Positions 50,540 through 63,003 are shown, counted from the stretch's first letter. The stretch: DNA of 64,000 bases from Phyllobates terribilis (GCF_046119375.1 NW_027362769.1:101804001-101868000); one strand, 5' to 3'. The notes: generated from the sequence alone by a model not told the origin. A program made the numbers and translations.

Positions 50540-51600
50540 GCACGTTTTAATCACTGAATTCAGGTTTTTCCTTCAGTGCCATTGCCATTGCCATTGGTGT
50601 ATAATATCCAGGCCCTCGCCGTGCCGTCTGCCTCTACTAACATTTGTAAGAGAACGGCTCTAAAGAGCTCACTGATACCAATGTGATCAAGTAATAGGAT
50701 GTCACCTATGTGCACGTCTTGTCTTCCCTCCTAAATATTCCACCATCACCCATGAGTGCTATTATTCAGAATTAGAACCATTTAGGAACAATTCAGCCAC
50801 CAAATGGAGACCGTGTAGAGTTACAGAGGGGGGTCAACGAATGCTGAGGGCATAAAAGTCACCATCACTCTGCTGACTCCATTTCTACTCTAGTATTAAA
50901 GTCATCCCAAAACTGTGTCAGGAGCTTCATGGGTTTCCATGGCTAAGTAGCTGCATGCAAGCCGTACATCACCAAGCACAATGCTGAGCGTCAGATGGAG
51001 TGGTGTAAAGCCACCACCACTGGACTCTGAAGTAGTGGAAACGAGTTCTGCGGAATGATGGATCGTACTTCTCGATCTGGCCGTCTCATGGACGAGTCTG
51101 AATTTGGGGAATGCCAGGAGAACGTTACCAACGTGTGCCAACTGTAAAGTTTGGCGGAGGAAGGACAATGCTATGGGGTGGTTTTTCAGGGGTCAGCCTC
51201 GGCTCCTAGTTCCAGTGAAGGCAAACTTAATACTTCGGCATACCAAGACATTTTGGACAATTGTTACTTCCAACTTTGTGGGAACACTTTGGGGAAAGTC
51301 CTTTTCTGTCCCTGCATAACTGTGCCCCAATGCACCGAAGCAAGGTCCATAAAGGCATGGTTGGGGGACTTTTGTGTGCAAGAAAATTGAACACTTTTAC
51401 AATGAAGATTGTGAGCTCAGTTTCTCATCCTGCATCAATGTCTGATCTCCCAAATCCTTATGCAAAAATTGTGCCCACCGACAAAGTCCAAAATCTGCAA
51501 AGCGGGATCGACGCCATATTACTGTCTATGGATTTACAATGTAAAGTCATAAAGTTCCTGTGGGTATAATGTGTAGATGATCCAATATTTTTATCTTCAT
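50540..51600 (+). mobile_element. Old, heavily mutated Tc1 element
   Basis: Remnant motifs (ELHGFPW-like; KPYITKHNAERQMEWCK; TVKFGGG; AYQDILDN); boundaries approximate. Confidence 0.7.
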
Positions 51601-51730
51601 AGTGTTATGTTTTTTTTTTTTTTTAAAAAGACCCCATAATAAACTTGATTCCATTTCTTCCTCCCACAATAACAGGTATTACCAGGCCAAATTGTGGTAT
51701 GCATATCATTCACGTACATGGCAAATCCTA

Positions 51731-53373
51731 CAGTTATATGAAAAAGTTTGGGCACCCCTATTAATCTTAAGCTTAATGTTTTATAAAAATTGGTGTTTTA
51801 GCAACAGCTATTTCAGTTTGATATATGTAATAACTGTTGGACACAGTAATGTTTCTGCCTTGAAATGAGGTTTATTGTACTAACAGAAAATGTGCAATCT
51901 GCATTCAAACAAAATTTGACAGGTGCATAAGTATGGGCACCCTTATCATTTTCTTGTTTTAAATACTCCTACCTACTTTTTACTGACTTACTTAAGCACT
52001 TTTTTTGGTTTTGTAACCTCATTGAGCTTTGAACTTCATAGCCAGGTGTATGCAATCATGAGAAAAGCTACTTAAAGTGGCCACTTGCAAGTTGTTCTCC
52101 TGTTTGAATCTTCTCTGAAGAGTGGCATCATGGGCTCCTCAAAACAACTGTCAAATGATCTGAAAACAAAGATTATTCAACATAGTTGTTCAGGGGAAGG
52201 ATACAAAAAGCTGTTTCAGAGATTTAACCTGTCAGTTTCCACTGTGAGGAACATAGTAAGGAAATGGAAGAACACAGGGACAGTTCTTGCTAAGGCCAAA
52301 AGTGGCAGGCCAAGAAAAACATCAGAAAGGCAGAGAAGAAGAATGGTGAGATCAGTCAAGGACAATCCTCAGACCACCTCCAGAGAGCTGCAGCATCAAC
52401 TTGCTGCAGATGGTGTCACTGTGCATCGGTCAACTATACAACGCACTTTGCACAAGGAGAAGCTGTATGGGAGAGTGATGCGAAAGAAGCCGTTTCTGCA
52501 AGCATGCCACAAACAGAGTCGGCTGAGGTATGCAAAAGCACATTTGGAGAAGCCAATTTCTTTTTGGAAGAAGGTCCTGTGGACTGATGAAACCTAGATT
52601 GAGTTGTTTGGTCATACAAAAAGGCGTTATGCATGGCGGCAAATAAACACAGCATTCCAAGAAAAACACTTGCTACCCACAGTAAAATTTGGTGGAGGTT
52701 CCATCATGCTTTGGGGCTGTGTGGCCAATGCCGGCAACGGGAATCTTGTTAAAGTTGAGGGACGCATGGATTCCACTCAGTATCAGCAGATTCTTGACAA
52801 TAATGTTCAAGAATTAGTGACATAGTTGAAGTTACGCAGGGGATGGATCTTTCAGCAAGACAATGATCCAAAACACCGCTGCAAATCTACTCAGGCATTC
52901 ATGCAGAGGAACAATTACAATGTTCTGGAAAGGCCATCCCAGTCCCCAGACCTGAATATCATTGAACATCTGTGGGATCATTTGAAGAGGGCTGTCCATG
53001 CTCGGCGACCATCAAACTTAACTGAATTGGAATTGTTTTGTAAAGAGGAATGGTCAAAAATACCTTCATCCAGGAAATCATTAAAAGCTACAGGAAGCGA
53101 CTAGAGGCTGTTATTTTTGCAAAAGGAGGATCTACTAAATATTAATGTCACTTTTCTGGTGAGGTGCCCATACTTATGCACCTGTCAAATTTTGTTTGAA
53201 TGCAGATTGCACATTTTCTGTTAGTACAATAAACCTCATTTCAAGGCAGAAACATTACTGTGTCCAACAGTTATTACATATATCAAACCGAAATAGCTGT
53301 TGCAAAAACACCAATTTTTATAAAACATTAAGCTTAAGATTAATAGGGGTGCCCAAACTTTTTCATATAACTG
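51731..53373 (+). mobile_element. Full-length Tc1 (copy G1), downstream of PJVK
   Basis: ~230-bp TIRs starting CAGTTATATGAAAAAGTTTGGGCACCCC, TA TSD; transposase with TAG at 52595 and 52823 plus a small deletion near the end. Confidence 0.96.
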
Positions 53374-53794
53374 TATGTATACACATTTTTAAAAAAAAAA
53401 TTAGTTTTCAGTTTATGTGAAGGTTGTCCCTTGAAGACTTCCCCTTCGTAAAAAGAAGACGGCTGTAGCAGTCATCGATGTAATGCATCCATTAGTAGGC
53501 TACATGGACAGGAGATACGGTGGTGTGACAATCCCTTCCTATTTTGACACTGGAGGAATAATTACATTTCTGAAAATAAAAAGTTATTTTGTACCAAAAA
53601 ATGGAGATCTGACTGTCTTCTACAGGGACAAATAAAATGCACATCACCTGAAGAAGGTGAAACCTCAGGAGACCATGACTGGTGCTGAGAAGCTCAACTC
53701 TTGGAGTCTTCTTCTGCTTTGTTGCATTCTGTATTTCAACATCTACTTCTCTGTTCTGTCATTTCTCGTTTATAGATGCGATTGACACTGTGTG

Positions 53795-53800
53795 TTTATT
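53795..53800 (-). terminator. Candidate PJVK polyadenylation signal AATAAA
   Basis: TTTATT on + about 125 nt downstream of the PJVK stop. Confidence 0.5.
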
Positions 53801-53924
53801 GGCCACCTGAATTTTAACCCTTAAACGATACAGCCACGGGACACCTTGCATATATGAGATGAGAGCTGTGGCACGGGTTCACCTGAGATGTAACATGAAG
53901 GCACCAAGGTCTCCTATACAAAGA

Positions 53925-54226
53925 TCACTTCATTCTCTTGTGCCACAGGTCAAAGCACGGTACAGCGTGCAGCCGGACGTATTTCTGTCCATTGAAAGAG
54001 CACTCAAAGCAGCCGTACACGGTTTCTCTTTTAGAGTTGCCCATCCCGCACAGAGCGCACGGACCCTTGGGTATATTATTATTCAGGAGGTTAGAACGAA
54101 TGTGAGCTCCTTCTCGCATGTAGGTAGTAGAAATGTCCGTCATGCTGGCAGCCTTGTCATAGTAATCAGAAAATATGTCGTCCATGTAGGAATCTTCATT
54201 TGCAATGATATCCATTGTTCTTTTTC
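53925..54226 (-). CDS. PJVK: PJVK last coding exon with Cys/His zinc-binding motif
   Basis: (G)[32 protein letters not shown]...[48 protein letters not shown], matching the pejvakin C-terminus; CAG acceptor. Confidence 0.97.
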
Positions 54227-55242
54227 CTGCCCAATAAAACAATAATTAGTTAAAAACTTCCATATCAAAAAATACAGGAATCTTAAAATGGGTAAAATTG
54301 CAAAACAGTTGTAAAAACAAGAAGTCTTGCAATTTACTTCTCAAGAACGGAGGGATTTTTAATTCTATAGTTTATCGCCCGGGGCCTAGACTACCAGCAA
54401 CCTCCACAGTCTATCAGAGGTGATCAGTTTCCTAAGCAAGGAGCTAAGCCCGTACAAACTATTCTCTATAGAGCTTGTAAGCACTGCTCTGACATTGACC
54501 AGATCGCTGGATCCAGCCAATGTCGGTGCTTCTGCTCTCCTACGATGATGCAGAGGCAAAACTGCCTTTGCTAGCTGCATCAGAGAGCGTATAGTTTGGA
54601 CCAATATCAGATCTGTGGGGGTCCATCACCCGGCACCACCACCAATCCATGGTTTGAACTGCAACTCTGGTCTTACTGAAGTGAGTAGGAGATAATCTAT
54701 TGTCCTCAGCAATGGCAACGTCGAAAAAGACAGGCATCACAGAAGAAAAAAGGCCAGAGTGACACCGTTTGTCGATTTATACTCAATGGCTTCATTGGGG
54801 GTTCTGTCTGAATCCCATTTTTACTCAATTTAGATGGAAACCCCCGATGCAAGTCCTCCACGTTGAGCAAAGTATAAATGAGTCTCTTGTCCATAAGTCC
54901 AGTTTCCGCGACGACATGCCAACAATCGAGATCGCCAAGCAAATTTGTATATGGGCATTTTCCACTGCTGGCCATTTAAATGAATGTCATATATGGATGG
55001 ACTAGGTCCAGCAATGCAAAAGCCATTCTACTAGAAGCTCTACGCACTGGCTAATACAGGAGGGTCCTAAGGTTTGCTCGTACGAAGGACACGGACAGTA
55101 CTGCTGCCCCTGTAGGGTGCAGAATAGAAGCATCATCATCATCACTCATACCACAGGCTGTCATGATATGCTGATATGGCTCAGTCCATTTGCGATACAA
55201 TGATGGTAACGTCTTCACAAACCTCTTGGTTCCCCTTCTTAC

Positions 55243-55353
55243 CGGTGAATAAGATGCCCGTGCGGTACAAGGTGTTCCTTATGGCGTTTAATGAAAAAGA
55301 TCTACTGGGCTCCTTCTCAAAACCTCCTTTAGAAGCGGAGGACACACATAGTT
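55243..55353 (-). CDS. PJVK: PJVK penultimate coding exon
   Basis: (E)LCVSSASKGGFEKEPSRSFSLNAIRNTLYRTGILFT(G); CAG/GTAAG flanks; 111 bp; 94-bp intron upstream. Confidence 0.92.
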
Positions 55354-55447
55354 CTGGAAAACAAGGACATACATCACTAAGATCTGGATATCTTACAATG
55401 ACCTAATGGTAAATTTAATTTGGGTTTTCTAAGAGTGTGAAACTTAC

Positions 55448-55565
55448 CAAAGTGACCATCTAGGTGAATGTACAGATCAAAAATACTAAACGCTATGGTT
55501 GTGTGCGCTGGGAATACTATAGCTTTGTCACGTCCTTTGTGGTTTTTCTCATCAATTATGTGAAA
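55448..55565 (-). CDS. PJVK: PJVK internal coding exon
   Basis: [39 protein letters not shown]; CAG/GTAAG flanks; 118 bp. Confidence 0.96.
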
Positions 55566-55610
55566 CTGAGATTAAAAAGTGAAAAAGAAAATTCATTAAT
55601 AAATAACATA

Positions 55611-57259
55611 CAGTTATATGAAAAAGTTTGGGCACCCCTATTAATCTTAAGCTTAATGTTTTATAACAATTGGTGTTTTTGCAACAGCTATTTCAGTTTG
55701 ATATATGTAATAACTGTTGGACACAGTAATGTTTCTGCCTTGAAATGAGGTTTATTGTACTAACAGAAAATGTGCAATCTGCATTCAAACAAAATTTGAC
55801 AGGTGCATAAGTATGGGCACCTCACCAGAAAAGTGACATTAATATTTAGTAGATCCTCCTTTTGCAAAAATAACAGCCTCTAGTCGCTTCCTGTAGCTTT
55901 TAATGAGTTCCTGGATCCTGGATGAAGGTATTTTTGACCATTCCTCTTTACAAAACAATTCCAGTCCAGTTAAGTTTGATGGTCGCCGAGCATGGACAGC
56001 CCTCTTCAAATGATCCCACAGATGTTCAATGATATTCAGGTCTGGGGACTGGAATGGCCTTTCCAGAACATTGTAATTGTTCCTCTTCATGAATGCCTGA
56101 GTAGATTTGGAGCGGTGTTTTGGATCATTGTCTTGCTGAAAGATCCATCCCCTGCGTAACTTCAACTTTGTCACTGATTCTTGAACATTATTGTCAAGAA
56201 TCTGCTGATACTGAGTGGAATCCATGCGTCCCTCAACTTTAACAAGATTCCCGTTGCCGGCATTGGCCACACAGCCCCAAAGCATGATGGAACCTCCACC
56301 AAATTTTACTGTGGGTAGCAAGTGTTTTTCTTGGAATGCTGTGTTTATTTGCCGCCATGCATAACGTCTTTTTGTATGACCAAACAACTCAATCTAGGTT
56401 TCATCAGTCCACAGGACCTTCTTCCAAAAAGAAATTGGCTTCTCCAAATGTGCTTTTGCATACCTCAGCCGACTCTGTTTGTGGCATGCTTGCAGAAACG
56501 GCTTCTTTCGCATCACTCTCCCATACAGCTTCTCCTTGTGCAAAATGCGTTGTATAGTTGACCGATGCACAGTGACACCATCTGCAGCAAGTTGATGCTG
56601 CAGCTCTCTGGAGGTGGTCTGAGGATTGTCCTTGACTGATCTCACCATTCTTCTTCTCTGCCTTTCTGATGTTTTTCTTGGCCTGCCACTTTTGGCCTTA
56701 GCAAGAACTGTCCCTGTGTTCTTCCATTTCCTTACTATGTTCCTCACAGTGGAAACTGACAGGTTAAATCTCTGAAACAGCTTTTTGTATCCTTCCCCTG
56801 AACAACTATGTTGAATAATCTTTGTTTTCAGATCATTTGACAGTTGTTTTGAGGAGCCCATGATGCCACTCTTCAGAGAAGATTCAAACAGGAGAACAAC
56901 TTGCAAGTGGCCACTTTAAGTAGCTTTTCTCATGATTGCATACACCTGGCTATGAAGTTCAAAGCTCAATGAGGTTAAAAAAACAAAAAAAGTGCTTAAG
57001 TAAGTCAGTAAAAAGTAGGTAGGAGTATTTAAAACAAGAAAATGATAAGGGTGCCCATACTTATGCACCTGTCAAATTTTGTTTGAATGCAGATTGCACA
57101 TTTTCTGTTAGTACAATAAACCTCATTTCAAGGCAGAAACATTACTGTGTCCAACAGTTATTACATATATCAAACTGAAATAGCTGTTGCTAAAACACCA
57201 ATTTTTATAAAACTTAAGCTTAAGATTAATAGGGGTGCCCAAACTTTTTCATATAACTG
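55611..57259 (-). mobile_element. Full-length Tc1 (copy G2) in a PJVK intron, near-identical to G1 and inverted relative to it
   Basis: Same TIRs, TA TSD; ORFs 56394..56906 and 55839..56387 in one frame separated by a single TAG. Confidence 0.96.
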
Positions 57260-57940
57260 TATGTACGATAAAAAAGCCAATATCCACAGAAACAGGCAAA
57301 AAAAACTTTTGGAAGATTGAATTCCAACCAGCCCATGCAGAAGACGAGTCAATCTGAAGCTATTAGTGAAGCAGATTTTCTCGTTATCAGTTTTCTCATG
57401 AAGCCGGTTGAATGGTTATTCACAAGATAGTCAATTATCTGCTATCCATAGGATATGGGATAACTTACTGATTGCTGGAGGTCAAATCAACAGGATCCCC
57501 AGTGATCCTGAGAATGGGGCTCAGGAATCGGGCTCTGCAGAGTCCTTTTTTAAATGAATCGGAGCTGCACTCGCTCGACCCTGGCTTCATTCATTGTCTA
57601 TGGGAGCGCAAGAGAAAGCACCGCACTTAGTTATTTCCAGCAGTCTCATAAACAAAGCATAGAGCCAGGGTCAAGCAACTACATCTTCGATCCATTCAGG
57701 ATGGGGCTCTGCAGATCCCAGCTCCCACCCAGATTCAAGAGGCCGATTCTAAGGATCATTGAGGGTCGTAGTGGTCAGAGCCTCAGCGATCAGTAAATTC
57801 TGTCCTGTCCATAGAATAAGACAATTTAAAGGGGATGTCTGCTTTCAGAAAACCATATTCTATAACAGGGATGTCAAACTCAGACACACAGAGGGCCAAA
57901 ATGAAAAACTTGGACAAAGTCGCAGTCCAACCAGTATACA

Positions 57941-58968
57941 GTATAATGGGCTCCACATAGTCCTCCATACAGAATAATGGGCCCCACATAGTCCTCCATA
58001 CAGAATAATGGGCCCCACATAGTCCTCCATATAGAATAATGGCCCCACATAGTCCTCCATATAGAATAATAGGCCCCACATAGTCCTCCATATAGAATGA
58101 TGGCCCCACATACTCCTCCATATAGAATAATAGGCCCCACATAGTCCTCCATATAGAATAATGGCCCTACATAGTCCTCCATACAGAATAATGGCTCCAC
58201 ATAGTCCTTCATACAGAATAATGGGCCCCACATAGTCCTCCATACAGAATAATGGGCCCCACATAGTCCTCCATACGGAATAATGGGTCCACATAGTCCT
58301 CAATACAGAATAATGGTCCCACATAGTCCTCCATACAGAATAATGGGCCCCACATAGTCCTCCACACAGTATAATGGGCCCACATAGTCCGCCATAGCTC
58401 CATACTGTACAATGGGCCCCACATAGTCCTCCATACAGAATAATGACCCCGCATAGTCCTCCATACAGTATAATGGGCCCCACATAGTCCTCCATACAGT
58501 ATAATGGCCCCACATAGTCCTCCATACAGTATAATGGCCCCACATAGTCCTCCATACAGTATAATGGCCCCACATAGTGCACGATACAGAATAATGGCCC
58601 CACATAGTCCTCCATACAGTATAATGGCCCCACATAGTCCTCCATACAGTATAATGGGCCCCACATAGTCCTCCATACAGTATAATGGCCCCACATAGTG
58701 CGCGATACAGAATAATGGCCCCACATAGTCCTCCATACAGTATAATGGCCCCACATAGTCCTCCATACAGAATAATGGGCCCCACATAGTCCTCCATACA
58801 GAATAATGGGCCCCACATAGTCTTCCATACAGTATAATGGCCCCACATAGTCCTCCATACAGAATAATGGGCCCCACATAGTCCACCATACAGAATAATG
58901 GCCTCACATAGTCCTCCATACAGAATAATGGCCCTACATAGTCCTCCATACCGTATAATGGTCCCTAC
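57941..58968. repeat. 30/31-bp minisatellite, about 33 units, in a PJVK intron
   Basis: Unit GCCCCACATAGTCCTCCATACAGAATAATG(G); explains the long repetitive ORFs here. Confidence 0.95.
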
Positions 58969-59251
58969 TTGGCAAGTGATATTCAGTTTGGTTTTATATA
59001 TCTATCATAGCTTACAGCCCAAAGTTTTCTGACCCCTTTAATGATCGCTGGGAGTTCAACTGCCGGGACCCAAGGATACGGATAACTTACTATCTTGGTA
59101 ATAACATTTCAAGTCTCAGTCTTGCCATTAACCCTCACTCAGCCCACATTTTTTAGCTGTCCTCTTTTATTAAGTTCATAGAAAAAAATTTCTGATTGTC
59201 ATCAAAGTCACAATGTTGGGACATAAGAAAGTGTCAGATCGTCAGACTTAC

Positions 59252-59393
59252 CCTCATGGCTTCTCCCCGCATACCAGCATGGACAGACAGAGAACACTGG
59301 CGAGTTGTCCGGATGCTCTCCATCACCACACATAAGATTTCCTTACCATTTTCTCTTGATTGCCGAACTAAACAATGATCCAAGTCAATTGTC
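59252..59393 (-). CDS. PJVK: PJVK internal coding exon
   Basis: [47 protein letters not shown]; AG/GTAAG flanks; 142 bp. Confidence 0.96.
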
Positions 59394-62300
59394 CTACGAA
59401 CAAGAAGAAGAATGACTGGAGATTGTAGACCATCATATATCATATTTTCCTACTACAGAAATAATGTAATATGACCACATGATGGTGGGATTTTGGGGGC
59501 ATTGACAGTGCAGGACTTGGTGACTTACACACCTTTTAAAAGATAAGTAAAGTGAGGGCATAAAGTAATATTACACATCGGATCTAAGGTGGAGGTCTAT
59601 GGATGGTGGAGGAGACATCAGGTGGTAAATATGCAGTGGAAACAGATTTTATACATAAAATTCATGAATGACAATGAATGTGATAATCCAGGCAAAGCTG
59701 ATACTCTGTCACACTCCCCTTGATATAGCACCAGTGTGAAACGCGCGTCAGGGCGGTTGTGGTGGTCTTGATTGTCCTGTGATTATATCATGGGTAAGTA
59801 ATATTCTATCAGCTCTGATTATGGATTAGCCTTTTTGAATGGGGTCAATTTGAGACCATATATACATACCAATGTCTGGCAGACATTTTTTTAAAGCACA
59901 GCTTATATAAATTAGGTCAGACCTGACTTACCACCACCTTTCTTTATTTGATTTTCCTCTTTTGATTCCTCGTGTAATGTAATATTATTGCATGTTCTTT
60001 GTTTATAAGGATGTTCAATAAAAATTTATTTATTTTATCTATCTCTGCGAGTGGTTTAATGAATACTTTGGGGTTGTCTGTCACACCTAGTGTATGGCCT
60101 GCAAGATGGTGAATATAACAGGGGTTCTGGCTCTGGTGTTCTGTCTACCTTTAATCACACACCATATCTGCAGGACCTGCACAAGACTAGTGTATATAGT
60201 TTGCCCATAGTACATCATTAAGTAATGTTGAAGCCACCAACCCGGAAAGTTGCCTTCAAAAGTTAGCAAGTCTTTGCAGTTTTTGGTTCATGAAACTGCA
60301 CCCTCCTCACCCCATTCACTGACTTGTCACACCCTGTTCTCCAAATATTTTGGGGACTTGCTAACGCTTCAAAAAGTCTGAAAAGTCTTCCCTTATTTCT
60401 GTAAACTCTCAGATATTTCGGCATAGTTGGCAAATATGTGTTAGGCTCTCGGGTCACGCCACCGTATTTTCTCTCATCTGAGAGAATCAGGTTGATTATG
60501 CTAATGATACTCTGATCAGAGTGTGATCTGATTTTCCCGGATGAGGAGAAGATGGGAAAAAAATGTCTCCATCTTCTCCGTTTTGTCAGTCCGTGAAAAT
60601 CGGACTGCAGTCAGATGTCATCCGAGTGCAGTCTGATTTTTTCCAGTCTTGGGTCCTGCATCAATTAATGGCATATCCCATCCATTTACCATCCACACAG
60701 CCCAATTATTAGCAATATGGTGGAAAAATAAAACTTAGCTTTAGTATTAATATACACATTGCACAGATAGATATACTGTACATTGTACTTTCTTTCTTTG
60801 CTATATATCAACTATTTAATTTTTTACACTATAACTCATTCTTTTCAGGCAGACATGCTTTAATAGAGAGCCAGCGGCCATGTTGCGCCGGACAGTAGCC
60901 CTGCAAAACACCTCCTACCTGACGGTGTCTCTTCTGATTAGCAGTCCTGGAGTTACGTCATGGTGCAAAGATGACGTTGCGGCAGGTCTACAAATCATAA
61001 GAGGCACCGGGAATTGCCACAAGTAGATGGTCACAAGTCTTCCTGCCAAGGACCGGAGTCATCTCTGCTATATATCTGTCATACATACTGTACTACGCTG
61101 ACTCCGGCTCATCCACTCACATTTATTTGTAGTTCAGTAATTTGTCCAGCAGATGTCACCAGTGCACCAATGACAATATTTTCCAGGGTAACTGCAATTC
61201 ATAACCTGGATTCATGTATTACATCCAGTAATGCCTATTCGGGCTCGTTCATACCAGCGTAGACATTAGACTAGTGCTATCAGATCTTCTATCAGATAGC
61301 GCTCGGACCAATATTCTATGGGGCAGTGCAGAGCTGTTTTTTTTTCTCATGCTGATTTAGAGCACAGATCAGATGGCACGTACCTATTTAAGTATATGGG
61401 CGCGTGAAAGTCAACGGACTGTATGCAGATGTCATCTGAGTGCAGTCAGATTTCTGTGGACAGAGACAATGGAGAAGATGGAAAAATTAAGTTCTCCATC
61501 TTCTCCACAGTTGTGCTGCGATTCTCTCATCCAAGAGAATCGGATCACACTAAGCTGACACTCGGCTCAGACTCTGATCAGAGATTGATCGGAGAGTCAT
61601 TAATATAATCGATCCGATTTGCTCATGTCACCCCAGCCTTATTAAGTCTCTGTTCACATCTGTATTTTTTTTTTATTATTATTATTTTCTTCTGCTCCAG
61701 CATTTAACAGTCATGCTGGATACCTAACATGTCGGACGCCAGCGGTTCCCGATGGACCCCCACTGACTGGAGTTTTGTCCGGCATTCTCGTTCTGATCTG
61801 CAATAGAAGCTGTGAATGGATTGTCCAACACAGATGTGAACAGAGCCCAATACAGACCTTGATGATGTTTTGTTCAAAAGCTGCAAATGAAGAGAGAAAT
61901 GGTCATATGGAAACGCTTCACATGCATAGGAAAAATTTGGGGTGTAAATAAATCTGCTGTGAAGATAAGTAACATGTCACTTCAGGTAAGAAAAACGTGA
62001 GGACTGACCCCATTGATTGATAATAATGGTGCAGACCATAAGGTTGCCGTAAATTCCTGGACATTCCCTAAAATGCGTCCTTGATTTGTTTGAAGCTGGA
62101 GGAGTGTTTGCAGGCTGTTAACATTGTAATGCTCATCATTTTACAGCTTCCGGCGATTGCTGCTGATGTGCTCCTATCAGTATACTGCGCTACAGACATG
62201 GATCACTTAAAATACTCATCATCCTTTACTGCGTTCAAATGTGTCCAAAATTGAATACGTTTTCCAAAAAATTAATGATTTTGGAAACCTTTGCAATAAA

Positions 62301-62807
62301 AACAGCCAATCTCTGGTACATTCATTGCAGAAATCCAACTTTTACTCTACATTCACTTCCCACGATGAGTATCTGGTGAGTATTTAATGTTGCAGATTTT
62401 CTGCACCTATTAGGCTACGTTCCCACGATGAGTTTTCGGTGAGTTTTTTTTACACTGCGTATTTTCGAAAAAATGCAAGTAACCTATTTTAGTGCAGAAA
62501 TCTTGCAACATAAAAAACTCACCATAAGCTCATCATGGGAACCTTTTCATGGCAAATGAAACTGTATGATTTACTTATCTTCCGCGGGTTGAGCTCTGTA
62601 TCTCTGCCGCTCCGCCAGTCTTTGTTGATCGGCTGCAGTGGTGGTTTGCGCCATCTGCATCAGCTAAACTGCTGAGCTCACTAACTGGCTGTAATGCTGG
62701 TTTCTTCTTATATGATTGCGGAGACTTGGGGTCCGGATGTGACGGCTACCTCTGCCCCCCTATAGCTACGCCCCAGAGTAACCTACATGCATGATGTGAT
62801 ACTGTAC

Positions 62808-63003
62808 CTGGATATCAGCTCCTTTAGGAGTGTGGGGACTTCTACTTCGTGTTTGGTCACAATGCCAAAGGAAGCCTTAACTGCAACAGAATCGGACCCG
62901 TAGATATTCATCCCCACATCATTCATGATCTGATTCCCGTGTCTCCTGTTTAAAGACACATCTGACTTATCTTCGTAATTCAGCAGCTGATAAGAACTGA
63001 CAC
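62808..63003 (-). CDS. PJVK: PJVK (pejvakin/DFNB59) internal coding exon (second coding exon; first lies beyond the window end)
   Basis: (G)[64 protein letters not shown](R); gasdermin-N-like; AG/GT flanks; 196 bp. Confidence 0.96.

Noticed and set aside
57783-58949. Long ORFs up to 339 aa on the minus strand
   Set aside because: Products of the 30/31-bp minisatellite in several frames; no splice or homology support
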